DNA of 64,000 nucleotides from Bacteroidales bacterium (GTDB taxonomy: Bacteria > Bacteroidota > Bacteroidia > Bacteroidales > UBA3824), in NCBI GenBank assembly GCA_017960885.1, contig JAGCYI010000219.1, positions 19,782 through 83,781 of the forward strand, in the 5' to 3' direction. Below are positions 49,276 through 58,203 of the stretch, one piece after another (the stretch's first letter is position 1; the number at the start of each line of letters is the position of its first letter). Under the pieces are notes generated by a model, which worked only from the letters and a program-made list of their open reading frames with translations, was not told the origin of the DNA and made no database searches. Made by a program: the position numbers and the translations under genes.

Positions 49276-49615
49276 TTCTTTTATCGTTAAAGTAATCGTC
49301 CATTATTCTTTTAGCACGTTGTATCTCATCAGTGGGTGTCTTCTGAGTCTTCTTTTGAAACCCATTAAATAATACGATAATAGAGCCGTTATCGTTGCAG
49401 CAAAAAATTCTAAAAATATTGCTTTCAAACTCTACCCTAATTTCGTACAAACCGTTGACTCCTTCAATTTTTTTTAAAAACCTTGTGGGGACAATCTTTT
49501 GGGTTTCAACAATTTTGAGTGTATATTGAATCTTCAAACGCTCCTTTTCGGTGCGTTGGAGATAAAAATCCATAAAATAATTCTTATACCATTTTATCTC
49601 TCTGATTCTATCCAT
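49259..49615 (-). CDS. higB: RelE/ParE-superfamily toxin (HigB / phage Gp49-like)
   Basis: 118 aa. LYEIRVEFESNIFRIFCC...FQKKTQKTPTDEIQRAKRIM is typical of Gp49/HigB. Toxin-first gene order. Confidence 0.75.
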   Translation of the reverse strand: MDRIREIKWYKNYFMDFYLQRTEKERLKIQYTLKIVETQKIVPTRFLKKIEGVNGLYEIRVEFESNIFRIFCCNDNGSIIVLFNGFQKKTQKTPTDEIQRAKRIMDDYFNDKRNGRIN

Positions 49616-49636
49616 TTCCTTTTATGTTATTTGACA

Positions 49637-49644
49637 CAAATGTA
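49637..49644 (-). promoter_or_regulatory. candidate -7 promoter box (TACATTTG on the minus strand) for higBA
   Basis: Exact TAnnTTTG match, 22 bp upstream of the ATG at 49615. Confidence 0.4.
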
Positions 49645-49663
49645 ACAATTATTGCTGATTTAT

Positions 49664-49760
49664 CAATACTCTTTGTCAAAAAAAACAATATTTCTTTGAT
49701 ACTCTTTCCTAATTATGCAAGCGACACTTGCACAAATTGATACCTTTCTTTTGATACTAC
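49664..49760. repeat. four dispersed copies of a TTGATAC-type motif (first copy degenerate) upstream of higBA
   Basis: caatactcttt at 49664-49674, ttgatactcttt at 49696-49707, ttgatacctttc at 49737-49748 and ttgatactac at 49751-49760. Confidence 0.7.
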
Positions 49761-50965
49761 ATTAGAGAAATAATATACTGAATAATACCTGCCGCGCCAC
49801 CGAGGGCAGCACCAACGGCAATAAGTTTCCACTCGTCTTGCTCAAATGCGGGACGAAGAAAACCGATGAACTTTTTGGGTGGAAGGTTTGCCATCTTGTC
49901 GCCGATAGTGTTTTGAATATCAAGGGCTTTTTCGGCGTAGGGGAACACCGCACGGATGTAAAGCGGCATCTCGCACATAAGTTCAAAAAGTGCTACGCTT
50001 TTGATTTCGCGGATTTTTTCGTCGGGCATAAGAATGCGGACAGGCGCAGGCATACGCTCCATCACACGGTCTACGGCGGTTGAAATCTCGCGTCCGAGTA
50101 TCTCTTTGATTTGCGGATTGTCTTTGCGGAAAATTGTGTCGAACAGGTTGTCGATGGTGAGAATCCTTTCGGAAATAATCTGCGCATAGCGGAACGCCTC
50201 CTCTTTCTGACGTTTTAGGAAAAGTCCCCACAGTACAAACGGACCAATCTGAATAGGTTCGGCGGGTTCAAATATCAACTTGATAGCCAAATAGTTGGTG
50301 ATATATCCGATAAAAATTCCATAAAGCAAGAACATCAGCCAATGCGAGGTGTAAGCCATCGTAAATATCTGACCTATACCGAAAAACGCACCGAGAAACA
50401 ATCCCGACGTTTCGATAAACCTGAACTGTTTTCCTCCAAGGTCGAGAAAAATCTTGTTAATCAGGGTTTTGTCTTGTTTTAAGGTGTCGATGGTGATTTT
50501 TTTAAGGTCGATAATGGAATCCACATTGTCTTTGATGCTCTGCATAGAGTTTTGCACGGCGGTCGGCATAGCGGTTTCTATCACCTGCGATACTGTGGAC
50601 TTGATTTTTGCCCCCGAGAGACTCCACACCAAAGGAAGTCGCGACTGCATCACCTTGGATGTAATCTTGCCGCAAAGTTTGTTGAGGTCGTCGCTACAAA
50701 TTTCGGTAACCTTCTGAGTGTCAATACGGGCGAACACTTCCGAAGTTTTAAAAAGGTCGCGGGTAAGAAGGTCGACAGATTTTTCTGCCATCTGAGTGGT
50801 TTTAGAGGGAATAATGCCCTGCCAACCAAATGGACGGATGCCAAAATAGTCGATGGGATAGAATGTCATTTTTACGGCTAACACATTGGTAATCCAACCG
50901 ATAAGTCCGCTGATAACGGGCATCAGTATGTAGACGTAATTTTGATATATAAAATCCCAAAACAT
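49757..50965 (-). CDS. DUF445-family membrane protein
   Basis: GWITNVLAVKMTFYPIDYFGI... and GYITNYLAIKLIFEP blocks. The Met at 50965 is chosen to avoid overlapping the upstream gene. Confidence 0.7.
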   Translation of the reverse strand: MFWDFIYQNYVYILMPVISGLIGWITNVLAVKMTFYPIDYFGIRPFGWQGIIPSKTTQMAEKSVDLLTRDLFKTSEVFARIDTQKVTEICSDDLNKLCGKITSKVMQSRLPLVWSLSGAKIKSTVSQVIETAMPTAVQNSMQSIKDNVDSIIDLKKITIDTLKQDKTLINKIFLDLGGKQFRFIETSGLFLGAFFGIGQIFTMAYTSHWLMFLLYGIFIGYITNYLAIKLIFEPAEPIQIGPFVLWGLFLKRQKEEAFRYAQIISERILTIDNLFDTIFRKDNPQIKEILGREISTAVDRVMERMPAPVRILMPDEKIREIKSVALFELMCEMPLYIRAVFPYAEKALDIQNTIGDKMANLPPKKFIGFLRPAFEQDEWKLIAVGAALGGAAGIIQYIISLM

Positions 50966-51023
50966 AACTGTACGGCATTGATGAATGCAAATATAATAAA
51001 AAACGGCTTGCGATGTATCAAAA

Positions 51024-52106
51024 TCACTCCGCAATCTGCGCCGAAATTTTCAACACCACATTGTCGTGTCCGCTCTGAGGACTATTGGTTACGAGGGTTA
51101 AGTATTTGGTTACTAAATTCTTCTTACCTTCGGCGTTGAAAAATATTGTAATATTGCCGTTTTCGCCGGGCTGCACCACAGGCGTGTTAATTTTGTAAGA
51201 TACGCAGTCAGAAAAATTCCTCACAGCACGTATTTCAAGGGGCGACGTGCCGGAGTTTGTATACGTTAACTTCTGATATACAGTTGATTCCTTTTCTACA
51301 TTCTTAAAAGATACATCCTTGCCGTTGGGGAACTCAATCAAGGGAGGATTCTTTATCTGTTCGGCGGTAAACTTCTCAGTGATAATGGATTTGAAATTGA
51401 GTTTATACTTGTAGGTGTTTACCAATATGCCTGCTTGAAAATCGAAATAGTCCCAACCGTCGCACTTTTTGGTAACGAACTCGGCTTTGATTTCGCCTTT
51501 GGCTCCAGGTTTCAAAATTTTTGGCGACACCGAGAGTGTGAGAAACTGCGGAATATTTGCGTTGTCGGGCTCAACCACAAGGTCTGCCTTGGTGGGATTG
51601 TATATTTCAATGGTCTGTTTTACGGTTTCGCCTTTTGAAACGCTGCCGAAATTCACGGTGGTTTTCTTCAAACGCAAATCAAAAAACGTGTAAGGATAAT
51701 CGGCAGAAATAGGTTCGGGACGCGGCTGAACAACACCCGAAATATAAAGCACATCTTGAATATTCTTGCCATTGTGCATCACGGTAATGCTCTTGGTAAA
51801 AGCCCCGGGACGCTCGCGTGGGTCGAATGTAGCATCCACATAGCCCTCCTGACCGGGCATCACAGGCTCTTTGCTCCACGCCGGCGATGTACATCCGCAC
51901 GATGTGTAAACCTTTGACACCACCAAGGGAGAATTGCCCGTGTTTTTGTACACAAAGCGGTGAGTAACAGCACCATCAAGTTCGCCGATGTTGCCAAAGT
52001 CAAACTCGGTTTCAGCAAACTGTACAACAGGCTGTTTCGTATTCTGAGCTAAGGTGTTAAACGCTATCAGCAAAAATGACACTAAATATATAAGGTGTGG
52101 TTTCAT
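51024..52106 (-). CDS. DUF1573 repeat protein (three Ig-like modules)
   Basis: Signal peptide. The first module has FDFGNI...GNSPLVVSKVYTSCGCT, the DUF1573 signature. Two further related modules follow. Confidence 0.8.
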   Translation of the reverse strand: MKPHLIYLVSFLLIAFNTLAQNTKQPVVQFAETEFDFGNIGELDGAVTHRFVYKNTGNSPLVVSKVYTSCGCTSPAWSKEPVMPGQEGYVDATFDPRERPGAFTKSITVMHNGKNIQDVLYISGVVQPRPEPISADYPYTFFDLRLKKTTVNFGSVSKGETVKQTIEIYNPTKADLVVEPDNANIPQFLTLSVSPKILKPGAKGEIKAEFVTKKCDGWDYFDFQAGILVNTYKYKLNFKSIITEKFTAEQIKNPPLIEFPNGKDVSFKNVEKESTVYQKLTYTNSGTSPLEIRAVRNFSDCVSYKINTPVVQPGENGNITIFFNAEGKKNLVTKYLTLVTNSPQSGHDNVVLKISAQIAE

Positions 52107-52131
52107 AGTTATAAAAATAATTCATAATTCA

Positions 52132-52157
52132 CAATTGACAATTCGCAATTGACAATT
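52132..52157. repeat. direct repeat of caattgacaatt (two copies, period 14), each containing the palindrome CAATTG
   Basis: Copies at 52132-52143 and 52146-52157, in the 54-bp gap upstream of the DUF1573 gene. Confidence 0.8.
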
Positions 52158-52160
52158 TGA

Positions 52161-53093
52161 TTAATCCAAACCAATTTCATAAATATCTATCGTATTGTTA
52201 AAAAACGTAGGAACGATAAGAATGTTTTGCTCTGGCAAATATTCGAAATCGGCAGCATTGACGCCTTCTCGGGCACCCAACAGCAAACGACAAGCATTGG
52301 GACTCACCGCAAAAATGTTACCCACAAAGTCAGAGGCAATATAAGTGGTGTCGTTGTGATATTTAAGTCCGTCGGGAGTGAAGCTCAGATTGGCAAACAC
52401 TTTTTTGGTGGCATTCAATGGATTAACGACCAAAATTCTATCACCTGCGCCCATTGCCATACACGCATCTGAACGGCACAAGCCGTTTGCATTTACACAA
52501 AGCGAATCAGCGATATATGTTTCAATCTTATCTGACGCAATTTTAAACAACTGACCGGCTTTTGAATCTGAAATATAGATATTATTTTCGGCATCTATTG
52601 AAATATCGTTAAGAAACTCAGCGCCTTGAGGCTCAAATATTTTCACTACCTGTTGGCTGTCGGTGTTGTAAACCACCACACGGTCGATATCGGCAATATA
52701 AAGCAAGTTGCCAGACAATGCCATTCCTTTAGGCGCGTTTAAACCTTGAATATTAAGTGTATCAATGATTTCTCCCGAAAGCATTACCCTTGTAACATAT
52801 CCCATTCCGTTCTTTTCGTCGGGTTCTCCATTGATATTCGACACATAAATATAGTTGTTGCGACTATCAACCGCCGCCGACTCTGGCACCTTGAATCCTC
52901 TATGCTGCGACAACAGCCTTACCCCACGAAATACTGGAGCATCGGTTTGTCCCGCCTCATAATCCTCGTCGGAAAACTCACTTTGCGTTTGCGACGTGTT
53001 ACGGTTTTCGCTATTGCACGACTGCAAAACAACAGCCGATATTATTATCAGTAACAGAGTTAGCCTCTCTATTATATTTTTCATAATCTGCAT
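52161..53093 (-). CDS. lipoprotein, probable six-bladed beta-propeller (NHL/SMP-30-like)
   Basis: Lipobox VLQSC|N. Repeated 'YISD/YIAD' blade-like segments. Confidence 0.5.
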   Translation of the reverse strand: MQIMKNIIERLTLLLIIISAVVLQSCNSENRNTSQTQSEFSDEDYEAGQTDAPVFRGVRLLSQHRGFKVPESAAVDSRNNYIYVSNINGEPDEKNGMGYVTRVMLSGEIIDTLNIQGLNAPKGMALSGNLLYIADIDRVVVYNTDSQQVVKIFEPQGAEFLNDISIDAENNIYISDSKAGQLFKIASDKIETYIADSLCVNANGLCRSDACMAMGAGDRILVVNPLNATKKVFANLSFTPDGLKYHNDTTYIASDFVGNIFAVSPNACRLLLGAREGVNAADFEYLPEQNILIVPTFFNNTIDIYEIGLD

Positions 53094-53149
53094 TTTATTT
53101 TACTAAATTCACAAAATATTATACTAAAATAATGCCATACATCATCATC

Positions 53150-53191
53150 TCACAAAGAAAAAGCCGTTTCCCAGGGGGGATGGAAAACGGC
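53150..53191 (-). terminator. rho-independent terminator about 145 nt downstream of the 936-aa sensor gene
   Basis: Stem gccgttt.cc / gg.aaacggc (53163-53191). On the minus strand it is followed by tttttctttgtg. Confidence 0.6.
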
Positions 53192-53195
53192 CAAA

Positions 53196-53225
53196 ATCAA
53201 TAACAATAAAATCAATAACAATAAA
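53196..53225. repeat. tandem 15-mer atcaataacaataaa (two copies) inside an A-rich low-complexity tract
   Basis: Copies at 53196-53210 and 53211-53225. The A-rich tract continues to about 53285. Confidence 0.8.
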
Positions 53226-53336
53226 AATCAATAAAATAAGAATAAAAAAAATAAATCAAAAAACAAATAATAATAAATAATAACTATTTAATTCTTATGT
53301 AAAACCAAAAAGTAATTATCCAATAAATACTATCAA

Positions 53337-56147
53337 CTATTCAAATTTATACTTGGTAATCAGTATCATAAACTGGTTCTTCAAGTCGGAAATTGTGTTG
53401 ATAACCTCAGCCGGAACATTGTTTTTGTTTCGGCGCAACACTTGCTCGGCCTCTTCCATAACAGCAACGTGACGTTCGAGGTTGTGTACAAACTCTGCCA
53501 TAATTTTCATTCTGGTGCGTTCAAGATTGCGGTCTGCATTTTGAAGCGCCTTGGTTTGTACTTTTTCTCTCTCTTGCAATTCGCGGTTTTGTTCGAGTAT
53601 CTCTGCCTGCTGAATCTCAAGCTCTTTGTGGAGTTTGTTCAATTCCTCCACTTTCTCTTGGAGTTCTTTTTCCTGAGCCTTGGATTTTTCAATAGCGCTT
53701 ATAAGGTTCGACTCGTTGTCGTGGAGTTTCTGGTTTGCCTCGTTGAGTTCCTCCTGCTGAGCTGCCATAGCCTCCTGGGCGTGCTGCAACTCTTCGAGGT
53801 TGTGACGCATCTCATCTTCCTGCGCTGCCATCTTGTCGGCCTGAACCTTAAGTTCGATTTCCTGCTTTTTGCTTGCAGTAATGTCGGTGGCCATGTTGAG
53901 GATTTTATAGGGGAATCCGTCGCTGTCGATAATAGGAGTAAACACTTGGTGAAGCCAGTGTTCCTCACCTCCTGTCACATATTTGTCGGTACGTTTTACA
54001 ACCTCGCCATCACGTACACGGCTCCAGAAATCGGCGTCTTGCAAAGAGTTTTCTTCTGTGCTGTCGCGATACTCGTCGAGTGTGCGTCCGATGGTTTGTT
54101 CACGCTGCAGGTTCATAGCCTTGCAGAATGCCTCGTTCACACTTGTGATGTTGCCGGTGAGGTCGTACTCGATAACGAGCGACGAGCTGTTGACGGCGTT
54201 GAGAATACTCTGCATCTCAGCCTCTTTGCGTGCCGACTCTTCCTGTGTGGCTTGAAGTTCTTCGAGGTTTTGACGCATCTCCTCCTCTTGCGAAGCCATT
54301 TCCTCGGCTTGCTGCTGCGATTGTGCAAGAAGTTCTGCTGTCCTCTGGTTGATTTTGGCGATTGAGAGTGTGGAGGCGATAGATTCCGAAACCTTTTCTA
54401 CAAAGTCGATTTCGTGTTTCTCCATCTTCTTAAACGAAGCAATCTCCATCACACCAAAAATCTGTTCCTCCACCTTCAACGGCATGATAAGCAAGCAGTT
54501 GGGGTTTGCGCCGCCAAGACCTGATGTAATTGAAAGATAGTCGTTGGGCAAGTCGGTAAGGTAAACATACGATTTTTCAATAGCACATGTACCAATCAAG
54601 CCCTCGCCAAGATAGATTTTCTTTTTCTTCTTGCGCTCTTGGTTGTAGGCGTATGAGGAAACGAGTTCGAGGTAAACATCGTTTTTGTTGTTGTCGTTGT
54701 AGAGGAACAAACCGCCTTGGTTAGCGTCCAAAAAGTGGATAAGATTTTTTAGAACGTTGTTGGCAAGGTCGTTGATATTGCTGGTGCTCTGACGCAGAAT
54801 TTCGGAGAACTGTGTGAGACCTTCGTTTGCCCACTTACGCAGGCTGTCCTCACGCTGACGTTTTTCGTCTTCCTGTTGCGATTTATAAAGGTTGCTACGC
54901 ATCTCCAAGAGCGAGTTACCGAGCAAGTCGTTTTCGCTGAGGGGTTTGAATTCGGTGTCCAAATTGCCGCTACCGATGCTGCTCGCAAACTGCGTGGTCT
55001 CTTTTAGACCGTGGGCGAATGTGTTGAGCTCCACAGCCATATCAGCAAGCTCGTCGTTGGTGTTGCACTTGATTTCCTCATCGGGAATAATACCTTTACT
55101 GAGCGCGTTAACGTATCCGCTGATTTTTGAGATTGCTGAAGTAATCTTATTAGAGAACTTGGCAATAGCAATAGCCAGTGCCAAAATAATCAGTATCGCT
55201 ATTATAATAAGGAGAAGCCTTGTGGTAGAGGCTGTCTGCTCTTTCTGCTCTGAAATCTTGGTGAGGATAGAGTCAATGTCGTCGAGTTTCGATTTTTCTA
55301 CCTGAAGATCAAACAGAAGACCTTCTTCACGGTTGAAACCAATCTCTTTGTCGATTTTTACAAGCGAAGTAAAGAACCTCTTGAAATCGTTTACAGGTTT
55401 AAGTTTTTCGCTGTTTTTGTTCTTTGCTTTAGGCTGCGGTTGGGCAACAGTAACGGGTGTTACCGACACTGTATCATTTTGCGAAGAATCACGTGAAGCC
55501 ACCACAATAGGAACTGGTTCGGGTTCCACAATGGCAGCCGAGCCCATATTCAAAGTGTAAATATTGATAAAGTCGTTGTAGTAGGCGGCATCTTTGCGGT
55601 TGAGATACTGCACCTCCATCTCTTTTAGCGACGACAAAATAGGCGCAGGCAACGATTTCTGCGAAACGGCAGTGGCATAACTACGCTCTATTTCGCCAAT
55701 AATACCAGTGGTGTAAGAACCTCGCTTGTAGAATTTTGAAGCAACAAGTTTCAAAAGGTCGCCATACGAAGTCGCGTTCTCTTTCAACATATAGATGTTG
55801 TTGTTGAGGTCGAGAGTGGCGGTGGCAGGAAGATTAAGCAGCTCGTCGAAATTTTTGTTGATCTGCTTTTGCTCAAGTTCAAATTTGCGAAGATATTCGT
55901 TTTCCATTGTTTTGAAAAACGTGTTGTCGGTGGTGTAGTAGAGCAAAAACGACTGCTCGTACTCTTTGAGTTTGAGGTATTCGAGCTTGAGCGTAAGCAC
56001 TTTTTGCTCGTAGTCTTCGTAGGCTTTGTTCCTGCCTAAAAGAACCACAAATATCACTGACACAATCACAAACGGCAACAGCGTTATCAGTAGGAATAAC
56101 CTAAACTTCGACTTTATGGAGAGCTTAAACTTTTTCATACATATCAA
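53337..56147 (-). CDS. membrane sensor protein: periplasmic domain, HAMP, GAF, coiled coil, PAS, coiled coil; no recognisable output domain
   Basis: Two TM helices, HAMP-like segment after TM2, GAF-like block (LGEGLIGTCAIEKSYVYLTD...MPLKVEEQIFGVMEIAS) and PAS-like block (SLVIEYDLTGNITSVNEAFCKAMN). A duplicated EEMRxNLEELQxxQE motif is present. Confidence 0.75.
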   Translation of the reverse strand: MICMKKFKLSIKSKFRLFLLITLLPFVIVSVIFVVLLGRNKAYEDYEQKVLTLKLEYLKLKEYEQSFLLYYTTDNTFFKTMENEYLRKFELEQKQINKNFDELLNLPATATLDLNNNIYMLKENATSYGDLLKLVASKFYKRGSYTTGIIGEIERSYATAVSQKSLPAPILSSLKEMEVQYLNRKDAAYYNDFINIYTLNMGSAAIVEPEPVPIVVASRDSSQNDTVSVTPVTVAQPQPKAKNKNSEKLKPVNDFKRFFTSLVKIDKEIGFNREEGLLFDLQVEKSKLDDIDSILTKISEQKEQTASTTRLLLIIIAILIILALAIAIAKFSNKITSAISKISGYVNALSKGIIPDEEIKCNTNDELADMAVELNTFAHGLKETTQFASSIGSGNLDTEFKPLSENDLLGNSLLEMRSNLYKSQQEDEKRQREDSLRKWANEGLTQFSEILRQSTSNINDLANNVLKNLIHFLDANQGGLFLYNDNNKNDVYLELVSSYAYNQERKKKKKIYLGEGLIGTCAIEKSYVYLTDLPNDYLSITSGLGGANPNCLLIMPLKVEEQIFGVMEIASFKKMEKHEIDFVEKVSESIASTLSIAKINQRTAELLAQSQQQAEEMASQEEEMRQNLEELQATQEESARKEAEMQSILNAVNSSSLVIEYDLTGNITSVNEAFCKAMNLQREQTIGRTLDEYRDSTEENSLQDADFWSRVRDGEVVKRTDKYVTGGEEHWLHQVFTPIIDSDGFPYKILNMATDITASKKQEIELKVQADKMAAQEDEMRHNLEELQHAQEAMAAQQEELNEANQKLHDNESNLISAIEKSKAQEKELQEKVEELNKLHKELEIQQAEILEQNRELQEREKVQTKALQNADRNLERTRMKIMAEFVHNLERHVAVMEEAEQVLRRNKNNVPAEVINTISDLKNQFMILITKYKFE

Positions 56148-56410
56148 CTTTGTTTTTCAGTCCGCTATACGTAAAATATAGGCTACTAAAATTATAAAAT
56201 TTTAATTTAATGTCAAAATTTTTTATAAAGAAAAATTTTTTTTTCTAATTACTTGTTTTATAGCAAAATAAAGGGGCAATTTTGATATTATTGCCATTCT
56301 TTATTGTGTTATTCGGGAAAAAAGGATTACTTTTGACCCGTTTTTTGTTTGCTATTGATTGCAAATGTACAAATTTAGTACCGAATATAAAAATTTTCTG
56401 CGATAATATA

Positions 56411-57412
56411 ATGAGCAATAATTTATACCCGCTGAAATTTACTCCAGTCTACAAGACCAAGATATGGGGCGGAAACAAGTTTGAGAAAATATTCAACCGT
56501 CACGGAGTGCCGGCTCACTGCGGCGAAAGCTGGGAAGTGAGCGACGTTAAACAATCTGTGTCGGTGGTTAGCAACGGCTTTCTTAAAGGAAACAGCCTCG
56601 ACGAACTAGTTGAAATATACATGGGCGACCTTGTTGGCGACTCGGTATACGAAACCTTCGGAAATTTATTCCCGCTGCTGGTAAAGTTTATCGATGCCTC
56701 CGACGACCTTTCCGTGCAAGTACACCCTGACGACGAACTCGCTTGGGCACGGCACAACTGCCCTGGCAAAACCGAGATGTGGTATGTGATGCACGCCGAA
56801 GAGAATGCCAAATTGGTGGGAGGATTCAACCGCGCAATCACTAAAGAAGAATATGTGGCTGCAGTTGACAACGGCAATGTGCACTCGCTTCTCAACGTGA
56901 TTGACGTTTATGAAGGCGATGTATTTTTTGTTCCGCCTGGCTGCGTACACGCTATTGGAAAGGGTGTTATGCTGCTAGAAGTGCAGCAGACAAGCGACAT
57001 CACTTACAGAATTTTTGACTACAACCGCCGCGACGAAAACGGCGAACTGCGCGAACTGCACACAAAAGAGGCTTTAGACGCTTTGGATTTTGATTGTGTT
57101 AACAATAAAAAGCAAGAATACCATCCAAAAAACAACGCTTCGGCAAACCTTGTTAACTGCAAATACTTCACAACCAACATTTTTGAGCTCGATATGCCTA
57201 TCGAACGCGACTTTCCTGAAATCGACTCATTTATAATATATATATGTGTGGAGGGAGGCTGCGATTTAGAATGGGACGATAATAAAGATCGCGTTCACAT
57301 TGCTTGCGGCGAAACTGTGCTTGTGCCTGCGGCGATCAAAAACCTCCGTTTCTTTCCGGAAGGAAGCACAAAATTATTAGAGGTTTACATCCAAACAGAG
57401 AATAACAATTAG
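56411..57412 (+). CDS. manA: class I mannose-6-phosphate isomerase
   Basis: LYPLKFTPVYKTKIWGG, LSVQVHPDD and PPGCVHAIG cupin/zinc motifs. ATG at 56411 chosen. Confidence 0.85.
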   Translation: MSNNLYPLKFTPVYKTKIWGGNKFEKIFNRHGVPAHCGESWEVSDVKQSVSVVSNGFLKGNSLDELVEIYMGDLVGDSVYETFGNLFPLLVKFIDASDDLSVQVHPDDELAWARHNCPGKTEMWYVMHAEENAKLVGGFNRAITKEEYVAAVDNGNVHSLLNVIDVYEGDVFFVPPGCVHAIGKGVMLLEVQQTSDITYRIFDYNRRDENGELRELHTKEALDALDFDCVNNKKQEYHPKNNASANLVNCKYFTTNIFELDMPIERDFPEIDSFIIYICVEGGCDLEWDDNKDRVHIACGETVLVPAAIKNLRFFPEGSTKLLEVYIQTENNN

Positions 57413-57423
57413 CAACTTCAACT

Positions 57424-58203
57424 ATGTCGAGCCCCAACGCCCAATCAGTAGAACAATTTAATAGTTTGAGCATCTGCGTATTGATGCCCACATACCGCAA
57501 CGCTAAGTTTCTAAACGCAGTTATCGACGACATTCTAAACTACACCAACAACCTGATTGTGATTAACGATGGTTCGCCCGACAATACAGCGCAAATTCTT
57601 GAGGAATACAACAATAGGATCACAGTTTTAACCCACCCCAAAAACCTGGGCAAGGGGGAGGCTCTGATTACAGGGTTCAGATACGCCCACCAAAAGGGGT
57701 TTAGATATGCCATAACTATCGACTCCGACAGCCAGCACCACCCGTCGGACCTTCCTAAATTCACTGCCGAAATAGCTCAACACCCCGGCTCCCTGATTGT
57801 GGGCGCAAGGTGTTTTGAAGGCAAAGAGATCAATCAAAGCAGTTCGTTTGCAAACAAATTCTCAAATTTTTGGTTCACAGTGCACACCCTGCGCCGATTG
57901 AAGGACACCCAAACGGGATTCCGCCTTTATCCTGTCGACAAAATTGCGAAAATGCATATTTTTTCGTCGAAATACGAAACCGAACTCGAAATGCTCGTAA
58001 GATGTGCCTGGAGTGGCGTTGACATTCGGAGTGTAGATATCGATGTGCTTTATCCACCAAAAGAAGAAAGAGTTTCTTCTTTTCGTCCAACAAGAGACTT
58101 TACACGTATCAGTATATTAAATACATTTTTTACCTTTGCGGCACTATTTTACGGTTATCCGTCGATGCTGGTGCATTACATTGCTAAAAAAATTAAAAGC
58201 TGA
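57424..58203 (+). CDS. glycosyltransferase family 2 (DPM1/polyprenol-phosphate GT-like)
   Basis: VLMPTYRNAKFL...VINDGSPDNT...IDSDSQH (DXD). Two C-terminal hydrophobic segments. Confidence 0.8.
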   Translation: MSSPNAQSVEQFNSLSICVLMPTYRNAKFLNAVIDDILNYTNNLIVINDGSPDNTAQILEEYNNRITVLTHPKNLGKGEALITGFRYAHQKGFRYAITIDSDSQHHPSDLPKFTAEIAQHPGSLIVGARCFEGKEINQSSSFANKFSNFWFTVHTLRRLKDTQTGFRLYPVDKIAKMHIFSSKYETELEMLVRCAWSGVDIRSVDIDVLYPPKEERVSSFRPTRDFTRISILNTFFTFAALFYGYPSMLVHYIAKKIKS

